This document shows positions 20,901 to 29,727 of a stretch of DNA of 64,000 nucleotides, piece after piece (positions within the stretch are counted from its first letter, which is position 1; each line of letters opens with the position of its first letter). The DNA lies in assembly GCA_965116495.1 (NCBI GenBank), contig OZ220696.1:3456001-3520000 (forward strand). The letters run 5' to 3'. The translations under genes were made by a program, and so were the position numbers. This DNA is from Gammaproteobacteria bacterium (GTDB lineage Bacteria > Pseudomonadota > Gammaproteobacteria > Eutrophobiales > Eutrophobiaceae). Under the pieces are notes generated by a model. The model had not been told where the DNA came from, did no database searches, and saw nothing but the letters and a program-made list of their open reading frames with translations.

Positions 20901-21498
20901 CGCTTTTAAGTTCTGGTTCAAACGCTTGTACATAGTCATTGAGACTGGAAAAATGCTTAATAAATCGGCGGGTGACACAAGCTTTTTTGAAATCACCATC
21001 GTCACTAACGACAGCGATATTTGCTTTGTGTTCCTTATGATAGTACTCCAATGCACTAAGGATAAATGCATCAGGAAATTCTTTGGATTTTTTTTCGGAA
21101 AACGGTGGTTCTATTCTAAAATACCGATCAACCACATCTTCTAAATTCCCAACAAGCGGCAGTTCCTCCACAATGAAATGTTCCTTAAATGTCCTCCATT
21201 GATCAGCTAATTTTTGATAGCTCTTTGATTTCAGTTCGTCTTTTAGAGGCACATCCATCAGTGACAGAGAATCAATCGGGTGTGTTTTGTGGGCCTTAAT
21301 CAAGGCATCGGTTGCTTTGAACGCTTTCTCATCGAATTTGCGGAGCAACTCCCGTTCCATGATTGCCGGGAGCAGCAGGCGGATTCCACCTTTTACAAAA
21401 GTTTTCCTCAAATGGGTAAATGATTGTGTATCGAACCGTAATCCGTTTTTAACAAAAACTTGGGTATCAATATATAAAGCTGTGGGAGTATGTCTCAT
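17902..21498 (-). CDS. Large PIN-domain protein with ~1000-aa helical C-terminal region
   Basis: N-terminal LYIDTQVF...ERE...EFPDAFIL...VSDDGDF acidic PIN tetrad; start overlaps the hsdS stop (ATGA). Confidence 0.8.
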   Translation of the reverse strand: MRHTPTALYIDTQVFVKNGLRFDTQSFTHLRKTFVKGGIRLLLPAIMERELLRKFDEKAFKATDALIKAHKTHPIDSLSLMDVPLKDELKSKSYQKLADQWRTFKEHFIVEELPLVGNLEDVVDRYFRIEPPFSEKKSKEFPDAFILSALEYYHKEHKANIAVVSDDGDFKKACVTRRFIKHFSSLNDYVQAFEPELKSENLELPEIDPTKPITTEDLTELKAILGRGNKPTPIEIDRVLNLLRSRGSNYEYFFDHAKDGIWLELLISNGYFDNPPPVERIKDGSYRTPFWRPINYLVSMYEAKPDVVLELLEKLPLTNNSHILESIMDVVLKADSVAAVNRLSSKILSYIDHSIWRRYDKIIELLKKPFLFDKALAEFTPLLLSKLVGFLPDPNTKEKQDRRAETSEDWTTPLEPLPRFDQWDYQQILENGIRPLTDKAAYQVAVVLINATASMLRLSTHQEDLDEERDGDLSEIWCRRLHQTDPVHEDIKATLIHTLTFACEKVYEKSPESVEPLDETLRNQRWKVFKRLRQHLYALNPNEQTLPWIREFILEHRDYAKWDHHFEFQQMVRKACEHFGADLLNEEERTAIFDAILTGPSKDNFREWMGNQFTDEKFWQRQQYFHRMQLRPFARLLTGEYQSYFYELENEFKEKPISDEEYSPVGESTGGTVSYRSPRTSEELATLGNEDLLAYINEWQDEHTDENNWLVEINVGALADAFQTVFKDSIIQGRERLAFWMDRDNGERIERPVYVKAIIQAIQGHVKEQCFEQLDLWFGFCEWVLSHPDAEHEEGAEPSEESREHPDWRSSRRAVQDFVATCVEDDIKVPISARESLARLLRLLCTQFDRRLDREQPVFLNRDDPITEAINNTRSNALQTLFKFGFWIRKHDSKDTVPEVTSTLEARLKSAAKRPLAMPERAMLGMNFGNLRILNQTWAIEHKADFFPQKDLSAWMEAFGNFLRFNHPSKLTFEILKQEFVFSLGRLPDLAANENRRMELVDRLGQHLFTYYLWQIYPLRGNDSLLEKFYEKTTGDQERWARLFDHVGRSLRNSGTHLDEGLEERIIAFFNWRLETREPKELAEFTFWLQAKCLAPDWRLDAYSKTLEIGHAKDVGISIVLDSLNDMLQNHTAKVVQCFAKITDAIDQGNRLYIQTEKAKPILVAGLRSEDESVRKIVERARENLLRDGRFDILDVDE

Positions 21499-22832
21499 GC
21501 TGGTATAAACGCTTCTTTCAGTACCGCTCGGAGCAGATTTTCGGTGTGGGAGCGAGATTGCTTGATTTCGGCTTCAAGCATACCGCAGAGTACCATCAGC
21601 GTATCTACACGCTTCAAAATTAGGGTTTGCTCGGTGAGAGATGGGAGGGGGATGGGCAGGGTCGCTACTTTTCCGGTACTCAAATTGTAGAGACCCGTTG
21701 AAGTCCTGGCTTGCTTTCCTATAATTTGACGTCCACTTGGAGATAGAAGCCAGTAAAGTGCCCATTGAGCAATCTTCGGCTCTTGGAGACGCACTTTTAT
21801 TACGTGGTTCTGATGCAGACATGGATCGACTGACCCGTCCCATCGAGCAATGCGTCCAACTTGATCCCTACTTCCATTTCCTTCAACGACAAGCAGGTCA
21901 TTTTCCTTCAGTAAAAGCTTTTCCACTTCCGTATCAGTTACACCGATTTCTCGGACATCGGTTAGATCTAAACGGTTCGCGTAGACGTTGGCGACTCTGA
22001 GATACGGCATGATAAGTTTATGGCCACCTCGCTTTGCAGCATTCTTTGTTAGACCGCTTATTACAATCCCTAAGTCAGTTATTCGACACCATATCCAGCC
22101 CGTTGGAATCTCGAAAGGGATTTCGTCCTGGACAATTTCAGGGAGTGGTTTTTCTTTACGGAGTTTCTTTTCAGCGATTAAGCGCTGCTTTTCTTTACGA
22201 ATGCGCTCCAGAAGTTGGCTTGCAGGTTCGACTTCGGGATTTTCTTTCCGCCAGTCGATGGTCAGTTTTCCTTGAATTGCCTCTTGCAGGATGGCTAGCT
22301 TAAGCTTGGAGAGCAGAGTTTCTTGATGGGTTATTTCGCACATAAGCTTCATGTGCTCGGAGTAGAATCGATTAAGCCGATCAGCAATTCTCAATTGTTC
22401 CGGAAGCCTTGGAAACTTCACCTTGAGTGGCAGTATATGCTTTGGTTTGATCTCGGTTTTAATCCCGCCCGGAACTTGTTCTTTCAGTAAAGCAGCAAAC
22501 TCCGGACTCTTAAAGAACCACTTCAAAAAATCGACAGATATTCGTTCGAAATTGAACTGGTAGGCTGAATAGTGGATAGTCGCAAGAGCATCTTGTTCAC
22601 TCTGATAAATCGCGACTGCGCCTTTTGCTGCATTGATACCTGAAATGACCAGATCACCACACTTCACGCGAATCATGTCGGTCCTGGTGTCGGTCTTGGT
22701 ATCAAGATGAATATTGCCGGAGAAGTCGATTTTTTTGATGCGCTGCAAATCCTGTTGATTAGCGTCGGTGTGTTTTATTCTTCCCTTTCGCTCAATCAGG
22801 ATGTCATCCAACCTGGCGAGTTCCCAATTCAT
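21495..22832 (-). CDS. hsdS: Type I restriction-modification specificity subunit
   Basis: Two TRDs with P.L.EQ..I conserved helices and EIPFEIPTGWIW spacer; start placed at MNWELAR. Confidence 0.92.
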   Translation of the reverse strand: MNWELARLDDILIERKGRIKHTDANQQDLQRIKKIDFSGNIHLDTKTDTRTDMIRVKCGDLVISGINAAKGAVAIYQSEQDALATIHYSAYQFNFERISVDFLKWFFKSPEFAALLKEQVPGGIKTEIKPKHILPLKVKFPRLPEQLRIADRLNRFYSEHMKLMCEITHQETLLSKLKLAILQEAIQGKLTIDWRKENPEVEPASQLLERIRKEKQRLIAEKKLRKEKPLPEIVQDEIPFEIPTGWIWCRITDLGIVISGLTKNAAKRGGHKLIMPYLRVANVYANRLDLTDVREIGVTDTEVEKLLLKENDLLVVEGNGSRDQVGRIARWDGSVDPCLHQNHVIKVRLQEPKIAQWALYWLLSPSGRQIIGKQARTSTGLYNLSTGKVATLPIPLPSLTEQTLILKRVDTLMVLCGMLEAEIKQSRSHTENLLRAVLKEAFIPA

Positions 22833-22872
22833 CTTGCTTCTTTCCAAGGTTACGCCAGCAGTTCGCCAGTCA

Positions 22873-23889
22873 TTATTCTTTTTCCCGCATCTCAATCAGC
22901 CGTTTCTCCCGTTCGATTTCCGCAATAAGTTCTTCCTCACTGGGCAGAACCAGGCGGTATTTGGAGGCAAAAAGTTGTTCGCTGTCCTTGAGAACCGAGA
23001 ACCTGACAATGGTTTCATCTTTGGATGTACAGAGGATCAGTCCGACGGTGGGGTTATCGTCTTCACCGCGTTTGAATTCATCGAACATTCTTACATAGGT
23101 ATCCATTTGCCCTATGTCCTGGTGAGTCAGTTGATCGGTTTTGAGATCAATCAGCACAAAGCACTTGAGCAAGTAATTGTAGAACACCAGGTCGATGTAA
23201 AAGTGGCTGGTTTCCGTGCTGATGCGGTATTGCCTGCCGACGAATGCAAACCCTTTGCCGGCTTCGAGCAAAAACTGAGAAAGGTTATTGATTATAGCTG
23301 CTTCCAGGTCTTTTTCCCTTGTTGCAAAGGGGTCTGGAAGTTGTAGAAATTCAAGCACATACGGGTCTTTTATAAATGATCGCAAGTTGCTTTTCGAGTC
23401 ATCGGTTGGAGACGCAATTTTGACTTTCGACTGCTGTGAAGATAATAGGCGTTCGTAATAGAGAGTGTTGATATTGCGCTCAAGTTGTCTGACGCTCCAA
23501 CCTTGCTCTCTGGCTTCATTACAGTAGTACAGTCGGGCTTCAGGATTATCTATGCGCATCAGGAGGCGGAGATGACTCCAACTTAATTCTCTACACACTG
23601 TGTAGAGAATCTCCTGTTTGGGGTATGTGAGATAAAATTGCCGGAAATTCCATAAGTTAGCATAGGAAAATCCTCTACCGAATTCCTCTGTTAATGTCTT
23701 GGAGAGATTTTCAATGAGTTTCGTACCATATTCTGCCTTCCTCCTGCCTTTTTGTTCTTCCTCCACAATTCGCTTGCCGATCATCCAATAGGCTTCGACC
23801 ATAGCACGATTGATCTCGGTGCGGGCATGGTTACGGGCATTTAGAAGAATTTGCCTGATGTCTGAATAAAACGTAGCCAGCTCTTTCAT
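22873..23889 (-). CDS. yhcG: YhcG/DUF1016 PD-(D/E)XK nuclease-like protein
   Basis: YWMIGKRIVEEEQ, LSWSH, IKDPYVLEFL, FYIDLVFYN..LKCFVLIDLK and DIGQM motifs. Confidence 0.9.
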   Translation of the reverse strand: MKELATFYSDIRQILLNARNHARTEINRAMVEAYWMIGKRIVEEEQKGRRKAEYGTKLIENLSKTLTEEFGRGFSYANLWNFRQFYLTYPKQEILYTVCRELSWSHLRLLMRIDNPEARLYYCNEAREQGWSVRQLERNINTLYYERLLSSQQSKVKIASPTDDSKSNLRSFIKDPYVLEFLQLPDPFATREKDLEAAIINNLSQFLLEAGKGFAFVGRQYRISTETSHFYIDLVFYNYLLKCFVLIDLKTDQLTHQDIGQMDTYVRMFDEFKRGEDDNPTVGLILCTSKDETIVRFSVLKDSEQLFASKYRLVLPSEEELIAEIEREKRLIEMREKE

Positions 23890-25319
23890 TCCTGTAGCCC
23901 TTTTTTGATCTTGGATAGTAGCTCATCGCTTTTAACAAACGACTGGTGAAGCATATCAAGTAGTTCGGCGCTGCTATACTGTTTTTCGGCTTGTGGCTGG
24001 CGCGGATTCTTCACGTCCAGGTCGAATCCCTTCTTTAGATCCTCCACTCTCACGCGCCAGGCTACTTCGTTTTCCTGGCGTTTGTCCCACCACTCGATCA
24101 TGGGCGCAAATTCATCGAACTGTATGGTTTTGGTTTTCGAATAACTTTTCTGCCCTTCCGGCAGGCGATGTTCGTAGTACCAGATTTCTTTTGTGGATGT
24201 CCCTTTCCGGAAAAAGAGCAGGTTGGTTGAGACCGTGGCGGGATGAAAGGTGGATTGCGGGAGTCGAACAATGGTATGCAGGTTGCAGTCGTTGAGGAGT
24301 TTTTCACGAATGCGTTCCTTGTAGCCATCGCCCGTGATGCAGCCATCGGGCAGGACGATGGCGCAACGCCCTCCGGGCTTCAAAAGCTGGATCATGAGAA
24401 TGATGAAAAGATCGGCGGATTCCCGACAACGGAAGGATTGCGGGAAGTTTGTTTCCACCCCATCGGCGATACTGGCGCCGAAAGGTGGATTGGCCAGGAT
24501 GACATCCACCTGTTGCCTCGGACCAATCGTGTTGTATTCAGTCTTGAGACTATCGATGTAGTGCCAGTCAGGTACATCTAGGCCGTGAAGTATCAGGTTG
24601 GTGAGACCGAGGACATAGGCGACTGGTTTCAGCTCCCAACCAGCGATTGATTTCTGCAGGATGGCTTCGTCATCCAGAGTGTGAACTTCATGTTCGCGGA
24701 TATGGTCAATAGCCGCGGTGAGAAATCCACCGGTGCCAGCGGCAGGGTCGAGTATCTTTTCCGCGAGTTTGGGAGCAGTCATCTGCGTCATCAGTTGGGT
24801 AATTGCGCGGGGCGTATAATATTCACCCCTGTTACCCGCGTCACGCAACTCAACGAGGATAGCTTCATAAACGGTGCCGAAAATGTGGCGGTCATTGGAA
24901 TTATTGAAGTCAAAGCCGTTGAGTTGGTTGATCACCCTGCGCATCTCGAAGCCGGACTTCATGTAGTTGTTCGAGCCTTGGAAGACCTCGCGTACGAGTT
25001 CGGCGCGTTGCGGTGCGCCAGGGTTATTGAGATCCTCCAACGCGGCGAAGAGCCCGTTGGCAGGATGGTCGATGAAGACGATCAGTTCCTCGCCAGTAAC
25101 GCCTTCCGAGTCTGCGGCCCAGTTGCGCCAGCGGAATTTTTCGGGGATGACGGATTGGTAGCCAGAGCGGATGAGTTCGAGTTCCTGGTCTTTTTCGTCG
25201 AGGATTTTCAGGAACAGCATCCAACCGAGTTGTTCAAGACGTTGGGCATCGCCCGAAACGCCGCGATCCTGCCGCATGACATTGCGGACATTTTTGATAA
25301 TGGACGAGATATTGGACAT
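23886..25319 (-). CDS. hsdM: Type I R-M N6-adenine methyltransferase
   Basis: GEYYTPR, ILDPAAGTGGFL and ANPPFG motifs. Confidence 0.95.
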   Translation of the reverse strand: MSNISSIIKNVRNVMRQDRGVSGDAQRLEQLGWMLFLKILDEKDQELELIRSGYQSVIPEKFRWRNWAADSEGVTGEELIVFIDHPANGLFAALEDLNNPGAPQRAELVREVFQGSNNYMKSGFEMRRVINQLNGFDFNNSNDRHIFGTVYEAILVELRDAGNRGEYYTPRAITQLMTQMTAPKLAEKILDPAAGTGGFLTAAIDHIREHEVHTLDDEAILQKSIAGWELKPVAYVLGLTNLILHGLDVPDWHYIDSLKTEYNTIGPRQQVDVILANPPFGASIADGVETNFPQSFRCRESADLFIILMIQLLKPGGRCAIVLPDGCITGDGYKERIREKLLNDCNLHTIVRLPQSTFHPATVSTNLLFFRKGTSTKEIWYYEHRLPEGQKSYSKTKTIQFDEFAPMIEWWDKRQENEVAWRVRVEDLKKGFDLDVKNPRQPQAEKQYSSAELLDMLHQSFVKSDELLSKIKKGLQE

Positions 25320-25331
25320 GTACTGCTTTAC

Positions 25332-27722
25332 TCAGGCAGCTTTGTAAAGTTGCGAAATGAGTTTATTAATGGCTTGGTCGTAACCAGGCTTGCCGCCAAA
25401 AGCGCTGATGATTTCAGGTGCAGTGCCCAAGCGCCTGATAGGGTCCAATGTAATGATCTCCGGGTTTTCCAGGTCCAGGGGTCCCTCGTCGGCATATTTG
25501 TCCAGGAGACTGTCAATGACCTTGCGCGCAAGATCACCGTATTCCGTAAAGTAATTACGCTTACGCACGTTTTCAGCGCGCTCGCGCCGGGTAAGGGGTT
25601 CCTGATCATAGGCGACGTGGCAAATCAGGTCGAAGGGGTCGAAGGCCGCGCCGACTTCTTCCTTCAATGCCGCGAAGATGACGCCATGCTTCTCGAGTTC
25701 CTCAATAATGGCTCGTTTTTTATCGGCCTGTTTCCATGAGTTCAGAAATGAGGTGAGAGAGACGTAGTTGGTACGGATGTTCCTGCGGGTAAAATCGCGC
25801 AAATCTTCAGTGATGATCTTCCCGTCATTGTCCATATACTGGACGCGCTCCTTGATTATGGTCACTTCGACGCCGTTGACAACTACTTTACGTCGGGATA
25901 AGTATTTATCATGTTCATCGCTGAGAGAATTATCTGGAACAGGAAAGCCAATTTGGTTTCCGGTTAAATCATCAATGACGGGGGTGTTCTCTATCTCGTT
26001 TTCAGTGTCTGAAATATCGTCGTCCTGTCCCGCTTCTTTGACACGGACGGGGTCTCCGTCAAATTCTTTATCAGCGAAAAGCGAGGTGACGTTACGAAAA
26101 TCCATGATGGTGAAGTAGTATTTCTCGAAATCCTCATTGATACGCGTACCACGACCGATAATCTGCTTGAATTCGGTCATGGAACCGATATTCGAGTCAA
26201 GGACAATGAGCTTGCATGTCTGGGTATCTACTCCGGTGGTCAAAAGCTTTGAAGTAGTGGCGATAACCGGGTAAAGCTCGGCAGGGTTGATGAATGAATC
26301 AAGTTGAAGTTTGCCTTCCTCGTTGTCACCGGTGATCTGCATCACGTATTTATTATTGTGGAAAACAAGGTCGGTATTGGCATTGACGAGTTCCTTACGC
26401 ATTCCTTCGGCATGTTCTATGTCTACACAAAAGACAATGGTTTTCGCGTGGCGATCACTACCTTTGAGGAACTCTGTCACTTTCTGCGCTACAAGGCAAC
26501 GGCGTTCTTCAACAACAAGGTGCTTATCGAAATCAGTACGATTGTAGATTCGGTCCTCGACGACTTCACCCTCTTTGTCTTTAAACCCTCTGGGCGGCCG
26601 CCAGCCTTCGGCGTCGATGTCCAGGGTAACTTTAACGACCTTGTAAGGCGCAAGGAAGCCATCTGCAATACCCTGCTTGAGTGAGTAGGTGTAGAGCGGG
26701 TCGCCGAAATACTCAGAACTGGAGACTTCTTTGGTTTCCTTCGGCGTTGCGGTGAGACCGAGGTGGGTGGCACCTTTGAAGTATTCAAGAATCTCGCGCC
26801 ACTTGCTGTCTTCACGGGCGCTGCCGCGGTGACACTCATCCACTACAACGAGATCGAAGAAATCAGGACTGAACTGTTTATACGCGTCTTCCCGGTCGTA
26901 GTCTGAGAGTCCCTGGTAAAGTGCCAGGTAGATGTTATATGCGGTATCGATTTCTTTGTTTTTGATGACTGTCATCGCCTCTTTGAAAGGTCGGAAATCA
27001 CCTCGCACCGTCTGGTCGATGAGCGCAGTTCGATCCGCCAGAAAGAGAATCCGCTTTTTAAGGCCACTTTTCCACATGCGGTAGATGATCTGGAAGGCAG
27101 CATAGGTTTTTCCCGTACCGGTGGCCATAACGAGCAGATGGCGGTTTCCACTTTTACCTCCTGTCATTGCTTCTTTGGCAATTGCCTCTACCGTGCGATT
27201 GATTGCTATTTGCTGGTAGTAGCGGGGAGACCGATCCGACCCATCGATGAAGTAGTCCTGCGACACAATCGGTTCGGCGGCATCCGGGATGTCTTTAAAG
27301 GCGATATATTTTTCCCAGAGGGATCCCGGAGAAGGGAAGGCACTGAGCGGGAGTTCGGTCTCGATATTCCCCGAATCGACGGTGCAGTCGTGAAACAGAA
27401 ACGCATCGCCGTTGCTGCTGAAGACAAACGGTATATCAAGATTCTCGGCGTAATCCAGCGCTTGTTGAATGCCGGCGCTGACTGAATGTCTGTTATCCTT
27501 CGCCTCAATGATGGCGATAGGAATATTCGGCTTGTAATAAAGAATATAGTCAGCGCGTTTTCTGGAACCTCGCGCATGTAGTTTGCCGCGTACATGGATC
27601 CGGCCATTGGTGAAACTGACTTCTTCTCTCACCTGATTGTTAATATCCCATCCTGCCTTAATGAGACTTGGCGTTATGAACTTGGTGCAAATATCGCGCT
27701 CGCTCAGGTCTTTTTTGTTCAT
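25332..27722 (-). CDS. hsdR: Type I R-M restriction subunit (EcoAI/EcoEI-like)
   Basis: ADYIL..IEAK nuclease motif, MATGTGKT, DECHRGS, FKQIIGRGTR and EcoEI-type C-terminus (DPFDLICHVAYD). Confidence 0.95.
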   Translation of the reverse strand: MNKKDLSERDICTKFITPSLIKAGWDINNQVREEVSFTNGRIHVRGKLHARGSRKRADYILYYKPNIPIAIIEAKDNRHSVSAGIQQALDYAENLDIPFVFSSNGDAFLFHDCTVDSGNIETELPLSAFPSPGSLWEKYIAFKDIPDAAEPIVSQDYFIDGSDRSPRYYQQIAINRTVEAIAKEAMTGGKSGNRHLLVMATGTGKTYAAFQIIYRMWKSGLKKRILFLADRTALIDQTVRGDFRPFKEAMTVIKNKEIDTAYNIYLALYQGLSDYDREDAYKQFSPDFFDLVVVDECHRGSAREDSKWREILEYFKGATHLGLTATPKETKEVSSSEYFGDPLYTYSLKQGIADGFLAPYKVVKVTLDIDAEGWRPPRGFKDKEGEVVEDRIYNRTDFDKHLVVEERRCLVAQKVTEFLKGSDRHAKTIVFCVDIEHAEGMRKELVNANTDLVFHNNKYVMQITGDNEEGKLQLDSFINPAELYPVIATTSKLLTTGVDTQTCKLIVLDSNIGSMTEFKQIIGRGTRINEDFEKYYFTIMDFRNVTSLFADKEFDGDPVRVKEAGQDDDISDTENEIENTPVIDDLTGNQIGFPVPDNSLSDEHDKYLSRRKVVVNGVEVTIIKERVQYMDNDGKIITEDLRDFTRRNIRTNYVSLTSFLNSWKQADKKRAIIEELEKHGVIFAALKEEVGAAFDPFDLICHVAYDQEPLTRRERAENVRKRNYFTEYGDLARKVIDSLLDKYADEGPLDLENPEIITLDPIRRLGTAPEIISAFGGKPGYDQAINKLISQLYKAA

Positions 27723-27849
27723 TGGAGTAAGTTAAGTAAATTGCCGGCAAGACACCATAACGGGGACTGACAAACAGAAAATGACACTTGGGTCGTGAAT
27801 AGCAGGGAGGCTGATAGTTTTCTCGCCAACTATCCTTGGTAGGTCAGCA

Positions 27850-29562
27850 CTATTGCCGCCACCAGTTATCAGCAAATTCATTGACTTCCCGCGCGTGGAA
27901 GCGCGCCACGCGGTTGCTGGGTTCCAGCGGTTCGTTGTAGAAGAACCCGGGCAGTTCATCGTCTGCCTCGGTAAAACCGGCAGCCCGGTTGAATTCCCGT
28001 TCCAGGCGCAAGGTGTCCCGGCCCAGTTCGTCGAAGAAAGATGGGTCGAGTTTGCTGCCGACGGCAGCGTTTATCGCAACGGTTACCCGGTCCAATTCAG
28101 CCGCGGTAACGGTGCGGCCGAAAATACACAAGCCCAGTGAATCCGCCGCTGCGGCCTGTACCTGGGCGGCATGACTGGCTGCCGCAATCTTGTCTATGGA
28201 TTTGTCCGCGGTCTCCATGCGGGGCACGTTCCCCGCCGTGTGGTCGGCGCCCTGGGCGGTGACCATCATGGTGATGCCTGTCGCCTCCACAACGCGGGGG
28301 TCATAGGCGCTGATCGCTTGCCGCTTGATGACCGGCACCCGCCTGACCCGGTAATGTTCTCCGACGGCCGCGGTCCCTTGCGCCCACAGCCGGCCCTGTT
28401 TCGTGCCATTGCGTATCTCTTCCAGTACCTCGGTGATAAACCCGGCGTCACCGAATTTACCGACGCCGGCCTCCATCAGCACACCGACCATGCCCCCGGT
28501 TTCAATGGTGTCGATACCGAGGTCGTTGGCGATGGCATTCAGCCTTGCCAGCTCATCGGGCTCCTTGATGCCGCAGTTGGTGCCCAGCAGGCCCAGTGTT
28601 TCATATTCGACGGGTGATACAACCTCGTTGCCGTCTGCGTCCGCGTAGACGTTGCTGCAGCGGATCAGGCAACCCGGCATGCAGGCATGGGACGGGTCAC
28701 CACCCCGGGCGATATTCTGCTCGCGGATGAAGTCACCGCCCATCTTCATGGTTTCCCGGTCGGTGTCCACCAGCCGTCCTGCGGAAAAATTACGCACCGG
28801 CAGGCCGCCCACGTGATTCATGTAGTCCGCCATCATGGCCGTGCCGAAACGTTTGTAGCTGTCTATCATCTGGTCTTCACCCAGTTTTTCGGCATAGTGG
28901 CGCACCGCGCCGATGACTTTTTTCCGTTCATGCAGTTGCGGCATCCTGTTCAGGTCGGCGACGATGGCCTTTACTTTTTTGCTGCCCAGCACGGCGCCGA
29001 CGCCGCCTCGCGCCGCCAGCCTGGCGGGGCGCCGGTCGGTATCGCTGATGGCGATACCGGCAAGCAGCCCCTGATATTCGCCGACCGGGCCGCACAGGGC
29101 GAGGCTGACCTTTTTCCCGTATTTCTCATGCAGCAATGCGGCCGTCTCGAAATTGCCCTTACCCATGAAACCCGCGGCTGGGTCGAAGCTGCAGTTGCCG
29201 TCTTTGCCGAGATGAATAATCAACCAGTCGTCTGCTGCGCCGTGCAGGGTGAATCCCGACAGGTGCAGTTGGCCCAGCGCCACACCGAACGTACCGCCGG
29301 CATTGGCTTCCTTGATACCGCCCGTCAGCGGACTTTTGCAACCGACACTGGTGCGGTTGGCGTTGGAGAAGTTGGTGCCGGCAAAAGGGCCGGCGGAAAA
29401 AATCAACGGGTTATCCGGTGATAGCGGGTCGACCCCGGCAATGTCATCCTGCACCAGGGTTTTGGCGATGAGGTAGCGGCCGATGCGGACCAGTTCCTCG
29501 CCATCCTGCTTGACGGATTCGACGGTCCTGTTATTCAAATCAATATGTAGGTAGTTACGCAT
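27850..29562 (-). CDS. Aldehyde:ferredoxin oxidoreductase family (tungstopterin) enzyme
   Basis: KSPLTGGIKEANAGG, AARGGVGAVLGSKKVKAI, C..C...C, EYET and LGIDTIE motifs. Confidence 0.9.
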   Translation of the reverse strand: MRNYLHIDLNNRTVESVKQDGEELVRIGRYLIAKTLVQDDIAGVDPLSPDNPLIFSAGPFAGTNFSNANRTSVGCKSPLTGGIKEANAGGTFGVALGQLHLSGFTLHGAADDWLIIHLGKDGNCSFDPAAGFMGKGNFETAALLHEKYGKKVSLALCGPVGEYQGLLAGIAISDTDRRPARLAARGGVGAVLGSKKVKAIVADLNRMPQLHERKKVIGAVRHYAEKLGEDQMIDSYKRFGTAMMADYMNHVGGLPVRNFSAGRLVDTDRETMKMGGDFIREQNIARGGDPSHACMPGCLIRCSNVYADADGNEVVSPVEYETLGLLGTNCGIKEPDELARLNAIANDLGIDTIETGGMVGVLMEAGVGKFGDAGFITEVLEEIRNGTKQGRLWAQGTAAVGEHYRVRRVPVIKRQAISAYDPRVVEATGITMMVTAQGADHTAGNVPRMETADKSIDKIAAASHAAQVQAAAADSLGLCIFGRTVTAAELDRVTVAINAAVGSKLDPSFFDELGRDTLRLEREFNRAAGFTEADDELPGFFYNEPLEPSNRVARFHAREVNEFADNWWRQ

Positions 29563-29569
29563 TATAAAT

Positions 29570-29727
29570 TTAGAAATCTCTGATTAAGTCAGAGGTTCCT
29601 ACGGTACAGGGATGTGCCGTCAAAATCAATGACTGTAGGTCATTGATTTTGGGAGAAAAACAAAAATCGAATTTTTGTTTTGCGTGCTCTGACAAGTCCC
29701 GGACGGACTTGATCAGAGCTTCCTTTA
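29570..29727. mobile_element. MITE-like repeat, copy 1
   Basis: Near-identical to 31283-31439; terminal inverted repeats AGAAATCTCTGAT / ATCAGAGCTTCCT. Confidence 0.8.

Larger units (their letters stand above)
17870..27840. mobile_element. Putative horizontally acquired defence island (Type I R-M + YhcG + PIN protein); no integrase seen
   Basis: Visibly AT-richer than its flanks; five co-oriented defence-type genes interrupt a catabolic region. Boundaries are approximate. Confidence 0.6.

Noticed and set aside
17888-27825. Possible att-like direct repeat GGCTGAGTTTCTC / GGCTGATAGTTTTCTC at the island edges
   Set aside because: Short and gapped, so it could be chance; no integrase or tRNA is adjacent.
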